Below are positions 41,414-51,753 of a DNA stretch of 64,000 bases, in pieces. This DNA comes from an uncultured Isosphaeraceae bacterium (GTDB taxonomy: Bacteria > Planctomycetota > Planctomycetia > Isosphaerales > Isosphaeraceae): positions 632,093 through 696,092 of the forward strand of contig CAWAHD010000003.1 of the NCBI GenBank assembly GCA_963781785.1, given 5' to 3'. Numbering within the stretch: position 1 is the stretch's first letter; each line of letters begins with the position of its first letter. Both the position numbers and the translations under genes were made by a program. The notes under the pieces are model-generated. The model saw only the letters and a program-made list of their open reading frames with translations. It made no database searches and was not told the origin of the DNA.

Positions 41414-42929
41414 CGCCCAATTGATAGAATCCGCCGGAAGTGACCTTCGAGATAACGGCCGTTTCCGATCCGGGTGCGCCAACAGATTCTGGCAGTTTGG
41501 TCGGGAGATGGGTATAAAGCGGTAGTTGGCGTTACCTAAGGATGGAACACCGCTCAAGGATGATGCACTCATGCTCCCCTCTGATCTTGATCGCCTCACT
41601 CCGCTACAAAGACTCATCGTCGAACAGGCTGTTGTTATGGCCCAAGAACTCGAGGCAGCCGCCGACGCTGCCCCTTACGGACAGGTACTCGACCATTGCG
41701 AATCGTTCTTGCTGGGCAACGGCCGTGCCTTCTTGAAGAAGGCATTGGAGTCAACCCTGCAAAGCCGAGCAGAAACCCTGGAAAAAAAGGGGGCGCCGCT
41801 CGAATCTGCCCGTGTGGAGCTACGGGACGTCACAAAGGCGGTGCGCCTAAAACGGTGATGACCGCACTCGGGGCGATTGTGCTTCGACGTACCTATTTCT
41901 CCTGCGCATCCTGTGATTTAGGGGGCTACGCGGCTGATCGTTTCTTGGGCCTGGAAGGGTTCCTCACGCGACAGGCGAGCCGGCTGATCTGTCTGCTTGG
42001 AGGCCAGAATTCCTTCGAGGCATCTGGGCGGCTACTGTCCGAGTGCTGTGGCTGGACGATCAGCGATGAACGGATTCGGCAAGCTTGCCAGGCAGAGTCC
42101 ACTCGGATTGCCGACTTCCGGGCCAATTCGCCGGTCGTGGCCAAGGCATTCGCTGATGCCCCCGGGGATATCGAATTCCAGACCGACGCTGCCAAGGTCA
42201 ACACGCCCGAAGGTTGGCGGGACATGAAGATTGGCATCTTCGCCCGCCGGGAGCGTGGCGAACCATCTACGCCTTCGGATTGGGACAAGCGGCATCTACC
42301 CGCCCCAACGACGCGGTTCGCGTTCGCTGCGATCGAGACGATCGACGATTTCGCGCCCCGTTGGGGTGAATGGGCGATCCGGTTGGGGATCGAGGATCGG
42401 AGCACGATCACCGTCTTGGGAGACGGTGCCGAATGGATCTGGAACGCCTCGTCGCGACAGTTCCCTGGCTGTACTCAAGTTCTCGATATCTACCACGCCG
42501 CCGAGCACATCGCCGACGCGGCGCGAAAAAAGTACGGCGAGGGAACGGCGGCCGCGACAGAATGGCTGAACCGGGGCCGCGGGTTACTGTTGTCCGATGG
42601 CTGGGCTGGCCTCTGCGACCAATTAGGCCAGACGCTGACACCGGGTGATGGACCAGACGACCGCGCCCCACTGGACGAATTGATGAGCTATTTCGCCGTG
42701 CATACCGAGCGCCTCAACTACTGCCACCGCTTGTATACGGGGCAGTCAATCGGCAGTGGAATGGTCGAAGGCGCGGCCAAGAATTTGGTCGGCCGCCGAC
42801 TCAAACAAACGGGAGCTCGGTGGCAGCTCGACAACGTCAACCGAATGGCCGAGTTATGTTGTTTGACCTACAGCGACCATTGGGATCCTTATTGCGCGTC
42901 TCGAAACTGACCGCCAGAATCAATTGGCG
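41414..42929 (+). mobile_element. ISKra4-family-like insertion sequence (~1.5 kb) with imperfect terminal inverted repeats (CGCCCAATTGATAGAATCCGCCGG / CCGCCAGAATCAATTGGCG), inserted 57 bp upstream of tRNA-Glu
   Basis: IR pair found by eye at 41414-41437 and 42911-42929, flanking the transposase ORFs. Confidence 0.45.
41526..42910 (+). CDS. ISKra4-like transposase, split into 41526..41858 and 41696..42910 by a frameshift at an A7/G5 homopolymer (~41800)
   Basis: N-terminal zinc finger CPCG...TVMTALGAIVLRRTYFSCASCD; catalytic-core motifs TVLGDGAEWIWN and VLDIYHAAEHI. Confidence 0.7.
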
Positions 42930-42986
42930 CACCCTTCCGATCCCTTGACTGACAGCCCGTGCCAATTATGATAGCAATGGTTACAA

Positions 42987-43059
42987 GCCCCCATCGTCTA
43001 GCGGCCTAGGATACTTGGTTCTCAGCCAAGGGACCGGGGTTCGAGTCCCCGTGGGGGTG
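42987..43059 (+). tRNA. tRNA-Glu (anticodon CUC)
   Basis: Manual cloverleaf: acceptor GCCCCCA/TGGGGGT, D-arm TCGTCTAGCGGCCTAGGATAC (near-identical to E. coli tRNA-Glu), anticodon stem CTTGG/CCAAG, loop TTCTCAG, T-arm CGGGG-TTCGAGT-CCCCG. Confidence 0.85.
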
Positions 43060-43402
43060 CTTCCGGGTGCGATGATCTGTCCTACACACGCCATGCGACC
43101 CGGTAGGCAGGGCACCCACTTGCGGTTAAGATGGGAGTCGAACCGGCCGGCATTCGCTCGTGTCTTGCCTGGCCGGAGGTCACAGTTTCGGCTGCCGGCT
43201 TCCGGTCGCCGAACTGCAACTTGTCGGGGACTGACCTCCGCTCACGCGGACGAATGGAATGGCCAACCAACATACTGCTGACAGCTCACCCGTCTCCGAA
43301 CCTGCACCTAACCTTTCCAAGCGGAGTCGTCGTTCCCGTGCGATGCGCACGGCGCAGGACGAAGTGCCGTACCACGCGACCGAGCGCCGCGATCCGCGTC
43401 GC

Positions 43403-43758
43403 ATGCTGAGGGCGCTCCGCACGCCCAAGCCTGCGCCCGAATCGCCGACGACAATCGAGCCAAGGACATCCTGCTGCTCGACCTTCGGCAAACGACTCCC
43501 CTGGTTGATTTCTTCGTGATTGCGACTACAGTCTCCCGTCGGCAAAGCCGCGCCACCGCCAGCGAGATCGACCAGGCGATGAAGAGACGGGGAGAGCTGA
43601 AGCTGGGGCTCGAGGGATCTGAGGAAGGCCGCTGGACGTTAATCGATTACGGCGACTTTGTCGTCCACATTTTTTCGCCCGAAGGCAGGGCCTTTTACGC
43701 CCTGGAAGAAATCTGGGGCGACGCACCTCAGCTCGACTGGCAAGAGACTCCAAGCTGA
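43403..43758 (+). CDS. rsfS: ribosome silencing factor RsfS (Iojap); N-terminal start region frameshifted (~43430-43440)
   Basis: ARIADDNRAKDILLLDLRQTTPLVDFFVIATTVSRRQSRATASEI...WTLIDYGDFVVHIF. Confidence 0.6.
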
Positions 43759-45476
43759 TGAACGTGCTCGAGCGATTGCGATTGATATTGGGCTCGGCAC
43801 TGCCTGAGGGACTGGATCGGGCGGCCTTTGCGAAGGCGGTACGTCCAGCGACGGATTCCAAGTTTGGTGATTATCAAGCTAACGGCTGCATGGCACTGGC
43901 GGGCGTAATGGGGCGGAGACCGCGTGACCTGGCGCAGGCGATCGCGCATGCCATCGACCTCTCGCCGATAGCCGAAGCACCTGAGGTGGCGGGCCCCGGG
44001 TTTCTCAATGTTAGGCTGAACGATTCGTGGGTCGCCGCGACCTTGCGGGCGCTTCTGCAGGACGACTCGCTGGGTCTGGAGGCACCGACACGCGCGCGGT
44101 CGATTGTCATCGATTTCTCTTCACCCAACGTGGCCAAGCCGATGCACGTGGGGCATCTTCGCTCTACGGTAATCGGAGACAGCCTGGCGCGGATCTTTGC
44201 CGCACTGGGGCATCGGGTAGTCCGCGACAACCACCTGGGTGATTGGGGCTCGCAATTTGGCATGATTCTGTGGGGTTGGAAGCACGCCGGCGACGAATCG
44301 CGGTTTGCCGCAGATCCCGTCGGCGAGCTGGCTCGGCTGTACCGACTTGCCCAGGATCGCATCAAGGAAGGGGACGCGTCGGTCGAAGATGCCGCGCGGC
44401 TGGAGACAGCCCGGCTACACGCGGGTGATCCCGAGAACCGGGCTCTCTGGAGCCGGTTTATCCCGTACTGTCTGAGCGCGCTTCAAGCGATCTACGATCG
44501 CCTGGGCGTCCGGTTCGACGTCCAGCTTGGCGAGAGCTTCTACGACGCCAGGCTCGGCTCGATCGTAGCTGATCTTGAGGAAAGGGGGATCGCCACCCGG
44601 AGCGAGGGGGCCGTCGTCGTGTTCGTCGAGACGACCGAAGCACCCTTCATCATTCGCAAGAGTGACGGGGCCTACACTTACGCAACGACTGACCTGGCGA
44701 CCATTCGTTATCGCGTCGAGACCTGGCATCCGGATCAGATTCTGTATGTGGTCGATCATCGGCAGGGGGATCATTTCAAGCAGCTTTTCGAGGTGGCTCG
44801 CAAGTGGGGCTACGACTCGGTCGATCTCGAGCACGTGACCTTCGGGACGATCTTGGGTGCTGATCGCCGCCCGTTCAAGACCCGCGAAGGTGACGTTATC
44901 GGCCTGGAATCGCTGCTGGACGAAGCGACGATCCATGCGCGGCACATCGTCGACGAGAACAGCCGGGATCTTGAACCCGAGGAAAAACAGCAGGTTGCCG
45001 AGGTGGTCGGACTGGGCGCGATCAAGTATGCCGACCTCTGCCAGAATCGGACAAGCGACTATGTGTTCGACTGGCGGAAGATGATGGCGATGAACGGCAA
45101 TACCGCGACTTACCTTCAATATGCCTACGCGCGAACCCAGAGCATCTTTCGAAAGGGAGGGGTCGCACCCGAAGAAATCCGGCGCCAGCGGCCCACGATC
45201 GCGCTTGACCATCCCGCCGAGCGCGGCCTGGGAGTGCGGCTGCTCCGTCTGCCGGAAGTGCTCGATCTGGCCGCCTCCGAACTCAAGCCAAACATTTTGA
45301 CGGACTATTTGTTTGACCTGGCCAATGCGTTCAGCACGTTCTTCGAGGAGTGTCCGGTGCTGAAAGCCGAACCGGCCGGGCGTCGCGACAGCCGGCTGGC
45401 GCTGTGCGACGTGACCGGAAGGACCTTGAAAAAAGGGCTGCATCTTCTTGGAATCGATATCGTGGAACGAATGTAG
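43758..45476 (+). CDS. argS: arginine--tRNA ligase
   Basis: Class I HIGH motif PNVAKPMHVGHLRSTVIGD; full-length 572 aa; anticodon-binding C-terminal domain. Confidence 0.9.
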   Translation: MNVLERLRLILGSALPEGLDRAAFAKAVRPATDSKFGDYQANGCMALAGVMGRRPRDLAQAIAHAIDLSPIAEAPEVAGPGFLNVRLNDSWVAATLRALLQDDSLGLEAPTRARSIVIDFSSPNVAKPMHVGHLRSTVIGDSLARIFAALGHRVVRDNHLGDWGSQFGMILWGWKHAGDESRFAADPVGELARLYRLAQDRIKEGDASVEDAARLETARLHAGDPENRALWSRFIPYCLSALQAIYDRLGVRFDVQLGESFYDARLGSIVADLEERGIATRSEGAVVVFVETTEAPFIIRKSDGAYTYATTDLATIRYRVETWHPDQILYVVDHRQGDHFKQLFEVARKWGYDSVDLEHVTFGTILGADRRPFKTREGDVIGLESLLDEATIHARHIVDENSRDLEPEEKQQVAEVVGLGAIKYADLCQNRTSDYVFDWRKMMAMNGNTATYLQYAYARTQSIFRKGGVAPEEIRRQRPTIALDHPAERGLGVRLLRLPEVLDLAASELKPNILTDYLFDLANAFSTFFEECPVLKAEPAGRRDSRLALCDVTGRTLKKGLHLLGIDIVERM

Positions 45477-45555
45477 GTTGGGGGGACGGCCAGGTACGGA
45501 TAAGACCGGCGGCCAGACGAGCCGGAGACTGATCGACTTGCCGAGGACGCATTCC

Positions 45556-47433
45556 ATGGGAAATCGAACAGAATCAACCCAGGCAGCCGTCTCGCTGGGA
45601 ATTATCCTGGGGATCGTCGTTTTGGCGTTCTGCCCTCGAGGGGTGGCCCGTAGCGATCGCGCGACGGGGTCTGAGCCGAAACCAGCCTCCGCTGGTGACC
45701 CGCATCGTTCACCGATCGCACTGGCTCTCGCCGGCGACGGCACACGACTTTTGGTGGCCAACCAGACGTCAGGCTCGGTGTCACTCGTGGATGTGATCGG
45801 CGCGCGTGTCCTCCATGAACTCAATACCGGCGACAAGCCCGCCGGAGTGGCCTTGTCGCGAGACGGCCGTCGCGGGGCTGTCGCTCATTGGTATGGCTAC
45901 GACGTGGCTCTGCTCGAGGTGAAGGACGACAAGATCATGTTGGTCGGCCGCGTTGGGGTCGGGCCGGAGCCGCGAGGCGTCGCAATGACAGCCGATGGGA
46001 CGATTGCGTTCGTGGCGGTGGGTGTCAGTAACGAGGTGGTGCGCGTCGATTGCAACGCCCGGAAGATCAGTGGGAGGCTGGGCGTCGGCCGAGAGCCGCG
46101 CGGTATCGCTCTCTCACCCGACGAGTCGCGGCTTCTGGTAGGCAACGCGCGATCGCAGAGCGTTTCCGTCGTCGATGCCCGAGCATTGACCGTCATCCAG
46201 ACGATCCCGATCGACGGTGACAACTTGCGTCAAGTTGCTATCAGTGCGGATGGGAAGATGGGCTACGTCGCCAACATGCGGAATCGGCGATTCCCGACCA
46301 CCAAAAACAACATCGACTTGGGCTGGGTATTGGGCCAGCGGCTGACGCGCGTCCCGCTGAGCGGCTCCACGTCATATGCCACACTCTCGCTCGACACGCA
46401 AGGAAAAGCATCGAGCGATGCCCACGGCGTGGCCATCAGCCGGGACCAGAAGTACGTGGCCGTCAGTTGCGGCGGCACGCACGAGGTCATGATCTTCCAG
46501 ACGGATCTCAAACCTTTGCCGTGGCGGCCGGACGGCTCGCGAGACTTGATCGCACCCGAGCTCCTCAGGAAGGACGGCCGACACCGGCGGGTGTTCGTCG
46601 GCGGGCGCCCCACCGAGCTCGCATTCGGACCGGATGGCGAAAGCCTGTACGTAGCAAACTACCTGGCCGATGCCATTCAGGTCATTAACGTGAAGGCGGC
46701 CAAACTCGTCAGGACGATCGCCCTGGGCAGCCCGAAAACCCTGTCACCAGCTCGCCTCGGCGAGATCGTCTTCCACGACGCCGTGCATTCCTTCAACCAG
46801 TGGTATAGCTGCAACACCTGCCACAGCGATGGGCACACGAGCGGGATGGATTTCGACACCCTCAATGACGGCCGGCAGGACTTGAGCACGTTCCACGTGC
46901 GCAGTCGCAAGAAGGTTCCCAGCCTCCGTCGCGTCACCAGGACCCAGCCCTGGACCTGGCATGGCTGGCAGAAAAGTCTCGAAGATTCGGTGTTCGAGTC
47001 GTTTACCAAGAGCATGCAGGGCTCGAAGCCAAAGCCGCAGGACGTCAAAGCTCTGGTGGCCTATCTGGACACGCTGGATTATCCCAAGAACCCTTTCCGC
47101 ACCGCCGACAATGGTCTGAAAGACGCCGCCGAACGAGGTCGCAAGGTATACCGCTCGGCGAAAGCGGCCTGCAATACCTGCCACGGCGGCCCAGAGCTGA
47201 CCGACGGAAAAATCCACGAAGTTGGGCTCGAAGAGCCCGACGACGCTTATCGCGGCTACAATCCCCCGTCCCTCCGCGGTGTCTACGACAAGGATCCCTA
47301 CCTCCATGACGGCCGCGCCAAGAGCCTACGCGAGGCTCTTGCCGGACCCCACAGCGCCGACAGCGTCACGGGCCAAGGCGAGCTGAGCGCGCAAGAGCTC
47401 GATGACTTGATCGCTTATCTCAAGAGCCTTTGA
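45556..47433 (+). CDS. secreted fusion protein: YVTN-type beta-propeller repeats plus C-terminal di-haem cytochrome c peroxidase-like domain (two CxxCH)
   Basis: Signal peptide; repeated LSPDGxxLYVAN-like blades; haem motifs YSCNTCHSDGH and AACNTCHGGPEL. Confidence 0.65.
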   Translation: MGNRTESTQAAVSLGIILGIVVLAFCPRGVARSDRATGSEPKPASAGDPHRSPIALALAGDGTRLLVANQTSGSVSLVDVIGARVLHELNTGDKPAGVALSRDGRRGAVAHWYGYDVALLEVKDDKIMLVGRVGVGPEPRGVAMTADGTIAFVAVGVSNEVVRVDCNARKISGRLGVGREPRGIALSPDESRLLVGNARSQSVSVVDARALTVIQTIPIDGDNLRQVAISADGKMGYVANMRNRRFPTTKNNIDLGWVLGQRLTRVPLSGSTSYATLSLDTQGKASSDAHGVAISRDQKYVAVSCGGTHEVMIFQTDLKPLPWRPDGSRDLIAPELLRKDGRHRRVFVGGRPTELAFGPDGESLYVANYLADAIQVINVKAAKLVRTIALGSPKTLSPARLGEIVFHDAVHSFNQWYSCNTCHSDGHTSGMDFDTLNDGRQDLSTFHVRSRKKVPSLRRVTRTQPWTWHGWQKSLEDSVFESFTKSMQGSKPKPQDVKALVAYLDTLDYPKNPFRTADNGLKDAAERGRKVYRSAKAACNTCHGGPELTDGKIHEVGLEEPDDAYRGYNPPSLRGVYDKDPYLHDGRAKSLREALAGPHSADSVTGQGELSAQELDDLIAYLKSL

Positions 47434-48102
47434 ACGGAATGATCCAGAGCGAGTAATTAGCCGCAAAGAAGCCGGTCAAGGTCCTGGCGACGTGAGTCCA
47501 GGCCGCCGCAGTCAACATCTTCGCGACGACTTCGTCTTCGGCGGGGTTCGTCACGCCGGCGGCCTGGAGAAACTCCCGGCCGCGGCGGCTGGCGTCGACT
47601 TCGATCGGTAGGTTGATGAGCTGCAAAACAAGGGTGAGCGAAAGGACCAACACTCCAGCCATGACGAACCGCGTCATGCCGATCAAGAAACCGGACAGGA
47701 CCAGGATCCACAAGCCGATCGACCCAATAGGCGCCAGCGGCACCACGAGATTGCGAACGATCAATCCAGGATGATGCATCCGATCCTGGATGGCGTGGCC
47801 GGCCTCGTGTGCGGCAATCGCGGCGGCGGCGAGCGAGCGACCGGCATAAGCTCCTTCCGAGAGGTACAGGACCTTGAGTTGTGGGTCGTAGTGATCGCCT
47901 GGCTCGGCGGCGGCCGGCTCGATCTGGACGCCGGAAACTCCGGCGGCGGTCATCACGATCACGGCTGCATCGGCACCGGAGCAGCCCGAGGCGCATGGAA
48001 CGCGCGAGGCGGCGGTCCGCGCACGCCAGATCGCGACCTGTGCCCAGATCGACAACAAGAGTCCGGGAAGCGCGTAGAGGAAGAAGTCGAGCACAAGCAT
48101 CA
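47420..48102 (-). CDS. YugP-like putative zinc metallopeptidase (membrane)
   Basis: HEAGHAIQ zinc-binding motif flanked by TM segments; start MMLVLDFF with a GGGGGAAG RBS. Confidence 0.6.
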
Positions 48103-49293
48103 TTTTTCTTCCCCCGACGCCCGGCGATCGGTCGAGCCCGGCATTTGGTTGTCGCAGGCGGCTTCCAGGCGCGACAGCCATTCTCGCTCTTGCCTGACCA
48201 GGCGCGACCGGCATTCCGCAAAGCTTTCTCCGACGGCCATGATCGTCATCACGGGCTCGTGCCGGTTGAAGCGGGTTCCCGGCCACGGAACGTCGGCGAC
48301 TGTCGGCACGACAAAGAGGTCTGCCCTGTCGCCGTCGTCAGAAGCGACTTCCGGAGCAACCAGGCGTCGAGGCGCATGGAGGATCAACTTGCCAACAACA
48401 CGCGGGAGCGGCCGATCGGGTCGGCTTTGCAGCGTGCTGTCGCCGGCAGTCCCGTGGCAGGCGCGGTGATGCTCGGCGAGCAGGGCTTGGCCCGAGGCCA
48501 GCTCGTGGATTTCCAGCGAAGCAGGATAGCGAGGGTTGATCTCGACCGGCCAGGGATCGCCACCGTGCTGGATGTAATCGATCCCGAACCAGCCCACTAG
48601 CTCGAACGCGGAGGCGATCGCGTTTCCCAGCGTAACCAGCTTCGTAGTGAGTATGCTAGAGGTTTCCAGCGGTCCGATGCTTCCTCGGTACGCAAACGGC
48701 GAGCCTGCGATACCGATGAGCTGGCGCGTTACGCCCACCAATCGCACCTGGCGATTCATGCCGATATACAGGGCCGAGAAGCTTGGCCCGCGAATCCGCT
48801 CCTGGAAGTAACAGCACGCGGCGTCCTGGTCGTTTTCGAGCGTCAGTGATTTGACACCCCGGCCCCCCGCCGAGCGGAGGGGCTTGACCAGCCAGCTTCC
48901 GTCGCGCGGCAGCGTCCGGCGATCAAGCGTCACATTAGGGCTGGGAAGTCCAAGTCGTTTCAGGCTCTCGGAGACCCGGATCGGATCGCGCACGGCCCGA
49001 AGGGTATCCGCATCGATTCCCCAAAGACGATGTTTACGAGCGATCTGCTCGACCCACTCGGGGTGGTTTTCGAAGCCGCCCGTGTAGATCCAGGACGAAG
49101 GGGGAAGAGACGCGGCCAGCGCGATGAATTGCTGGTCTGCGTGATTTGGGTCGATGCGCTCGACAGGGCACACGGCCGCGAGATCGCGATCGGCGAAGTA
49201 ATCGGCGCAAATAGGACGAAGGCCGGCTCGCAACGCCGAGAATGCGGCAGACCGGCAACTCGCGCCAAGGATCAGAAGGTCGTGAGGCACCAA
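48100..49293 (-). CDS. ATP-grasp domain protein (possibly H4MPT/cofactor-biosynthesis associated)
   Basis: WLVKPLRSAGGRGV...EINPR ATP-grasp motifs; lies in the H4MPT gene neighbourhood. Confidence 0.55.
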   Translation of the reverse strand: MVPHDLLILGASCRSAAFSALRAGLRPICADYFADRDLAAVCPVERIDPNHADQQFIALAASLPPSSWIYTGGFENHPEWVEQIARKHRLWGIDADTLRAVRDPIRVSESLKRLGLPSPNVTLDRRTLPRDGSWLVKPLRSAGGRGVKSLTLENDQDAACCYFQERIRGPSFSALYIGMNRQVRLVGVTRQLIGIAGSPFAYRGSIGPLETSSILTTKLVTLGNAIASAFELVGWFGIDYIQHGGDPWPVEINPRYPASLEIHELASGQALLAEHHRACHGTAGDSTLQSRPDRPLPRVVGKLILHAPRRLVAPEVASDDGDRADLFVVPTVADVPWPGTRFNRHEPVMTIMAVGESFAECRSRLVRQEREWLSRLEAACDNQMPGSTDRRASGEEK

Positions 49294-49410
49294 GCAAAAA
49301 GACCGACCTCGGCGAGTTTGTGCAGCTCGCCGAGGTGGGAGAAAAGCCGAAAGCCGCGTTCGCCACTCAGTGGTGGTGAACGCCGGTCTCCGAAGGGCGT
49401 GTGACGACGA

Positions 49411-49761
49411 TTATTCTTTCTCGACCTTCTCGATCTTCTCGGCGGTCATCTCGTGCTTGTCGTCTTTCACCTCGACCGTGCCGGTGACCTTCACTTTGAC
49501 CGGACTGTCCTTGGTGGCCCTGCAGAACCCAATCTCTTGATGTGCGTCTTTGGCAACCTGATTGGCGACCAGGTAGTAGGTCGTCTTCTTGCCGTCCTTG
49601 GTCACGATGACGGCGTTCTGGCACTTCGTGGTCTCCTTCAAGGCACACTTGGCACAAAGGCCGTCGCCCTCGATGGTGACTTTCTTGTCATCATCGGCCT
49701 TGAGAACGCCCAAGCATGAGAAGAGCACGCCCACGGCCCCGACCATCAACAGCTTTCGCAT
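49411..49761 (-). CDS. small secreted Cys-containing hypothetical protein
   Basis: Signal peptide MRKLLMVGAVGVLFSCLGVLKA; four Cys residues. Confidence 0.4.
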   Translation of the reverse strand: MRKLLMVGAVGVLFSCLGVLKADDDKKVTIEGDGLCAKCALKETTKCQNAVIVTKDGKKTTYYLVANQVAKDAHQEIGFCRATKDSPVKVKVTGTVEVKDDKHEMTAEKIEKVEKE

Positions 49762-50183
49762 TGCCGATCTCCCAAAAAAGTGATCAGAACCCAATCCATC
49801 GACTCGATACCTCGGGTGTGGCGCACGGGCCGCACCTGTTGAACACATTGAAACACCTTCGCCGGTCTGTGACAACCACTCTCTTCGGATTCACGGTGCA
49901 CTTCTGCTTCCAACCGAGTCTGATGTCCCCGTCGTTACCCAGGTTTCCTGGAGTGACGAGCGAGAATGCTGAATGAATTTCGTTGGTTACAGACACCGGA
50001 GACCGTCGCGCCTGGGGGTTGCTAGCCGACTCGGCGGCGTCTATGATTCGGGTCTAAATACTGCGTTCAGTTCGACTCGTGCCGGCGCGAACGCCCAGGC
50101 CGGCACCCGGGTTTGCATCAACGGGTCGGAATCGGCGAAGTCAATCTGTCACCCACGATCTATCCACCACGGAGAGCAACGTC

Positions 50184-50690
50184 ATGGCCAGCAGCATCGT
50201 CATGAACATCGGTGAAGCACTGGTTGGCGAAGGGAATGAAGTTGCGCACATCGATTTGCTCATCGGCGACAAGACCGGACCGGTCGGGACCGCCTTTGCG
50301 AACGCACTGGCCAATCAGTCGGCTGGCCACACCAATCTCATGGCTGTTCTCACGCCCAACTTGCTCGCCAAGCCGGCAACGGTCCTGATCACGAAAGTGA
50401 CGATCAAGGGGATGAAACAGGTGGTCCAGATGTTCGGGCCGGCGCAGTACGCCGTAGCAAAGGCGGTCGCCGACTGCGTGGCGGACGGGACGATTCCGGC
50501 CAGCCAGGCCGACGACCTGGTCATCGTCTGCGGAGTATTCATCCACCCCGCGGCCGAAGACAACGCCAAGATCCTCAAGTACAACTACGAGGCGGTCAAG
50601 CTCGCGATCGTTCGCGCCATGAAGAATCTTCCCACGCCCACCGAAATCAGCTCGCAGAAGGATACCGTCAAGCATCCCTTCGCCGGTTGA
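50184..50690 (+). CDS. fae: formaldehyde-activating enzyme (5,6,7,8-tetrahydromethanopterin hydro-lyase)
   Basis: Near-collinear with Methylobacterium Fae: IGEALVGEGNEVAHIDLLIG...VQMFGPAQ...DDLVIVCGVFIHP...KYNYEAVKLAI...HPFAG. Confidence 0.9.
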   Translation: MASSIVMNIGEALVGEGNEVAHIDLLIGDKTGPVGTAFANALANQSAGHTNLMAVLTPNLLAKPATVLITKVTIKGMKQVVQMFGPAQYAVAKAVADCVADGTIPASQADDLVIVCGVFIHPAAEDNAKILKYNYEAVKLAIVRAMKNLPTPTEISSQKDTVKHPFAG

Positions 50691-50777
50691 GAGCCGGTCG
50701 AAGCTTCGTCGATTGGCCGAGCACGCTCGGATTCTGACTTGGCGTGCGACCTGCATTCAGGCCGCGGATCGCGACCC

Positions 50778-51652
50778 ATGAGCAGCACGAAACCAAAGAT
50801 ACTGATCCAGCTCGACGCGGATCCGCAGCCGAGTGTCTTCGACGCGGTCGTGGCGGTGGATTCGGGTGTCGAGCACGTGTTTCGCCACGGCGGTGTGACA
50901 GCAGGCAACGTGCGCGAGCTCGTTCACGGAGCCTTATTCACGCGCGGTCCCGCCGAGCTCAGCGCGACCGCCATCTTCATCGGCGGCTCTGACGTGAAAG
51001 CGGGCGAGGCGGTTCTGGCGGCTGTGAAAGAAACCTTCTTCGGGCCGTTCCGGGTTTCGATCCTGTTTGACGCGAGCGGTGCGAACACGACCGCGGCGGC
51101 CGGTGTGCTGGCCGCCCTTCGGAGCCTGGGAAACTCGCTCGAGGGAGTATCCGCAGCCGTGCTGGCCGCGACCGGCCCGGTCGGACAGCGGGTTGCCCGG
51201 TTGCTCTGCCGGCTGAAAGCCAATGTCGCTGTGGGATCGCGCAGCTCCGATCGTGCCCGTGCCCTCGCGGAAAGTCTCCGCCAGGAAACGGGGAGCACGG
51301 CGGTACCCTTACCCCCGCCGGGAACGAACGACCTGGCCGCCGCCCTCCAGGACACCCGGCTCATCTTCAGCGCCGGGGCGGCGGGCGTGACGCTCCTGGC
51401 CGCCTCAACCTGGCGAAGCCTGCCGGCCCTCGAGATCCTCATCGACTTGAACGCCGTGCCACCCGCGGGCATCGAGGGAGTCGAGCCCACCGACAAGAAC
51501 ACCCAGCGAGGATCGGTGCACTGCTGGGCGCGCTCGGCGTCGGCGGGACCAAGATGAAGATCCACAAGAAGGCCATCCAGGAGTTGTTCGTATCCAACGA
51601 CCGGATCTTTGACGCCGAGCAGGTGCTCGAGTTAGGTCGCTCCTTGACCTGA
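50778..51652 (+). CDS. mtdB: methylene-tetrahydromethanopterin dehydrogenase (MtdA/MtdB family); C-terminal ~40 aa in the -1 frame after a frameshift near 51525
   Basis: KPKILIQLDADPQPSVFDAVVAVDSG...GPAELSATAIFIGG; shifted-frame end LLGALGVGGTKMKIHKKAIQELFVSNDRIFDAEQVLELGRSLT. Confidence 0.75.
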
Positions 51653-51753
51653 GCGGCGTCGCCTGACCTGCCAAAATTAACGCTCCCTCCGAATATCGGT
51701 CTGTCGGGAAACCGGCTGCTACCCGCTGGAAGTCGCGAGAACCGAGGTGACGC

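Noticed and set aside
44415-45836. 473-aa minus-strand ORF
   Set aside because: It is antisense to the well-supported argS gene. Long spurious ORFs are expected at 65% GC. It has no domain signal.
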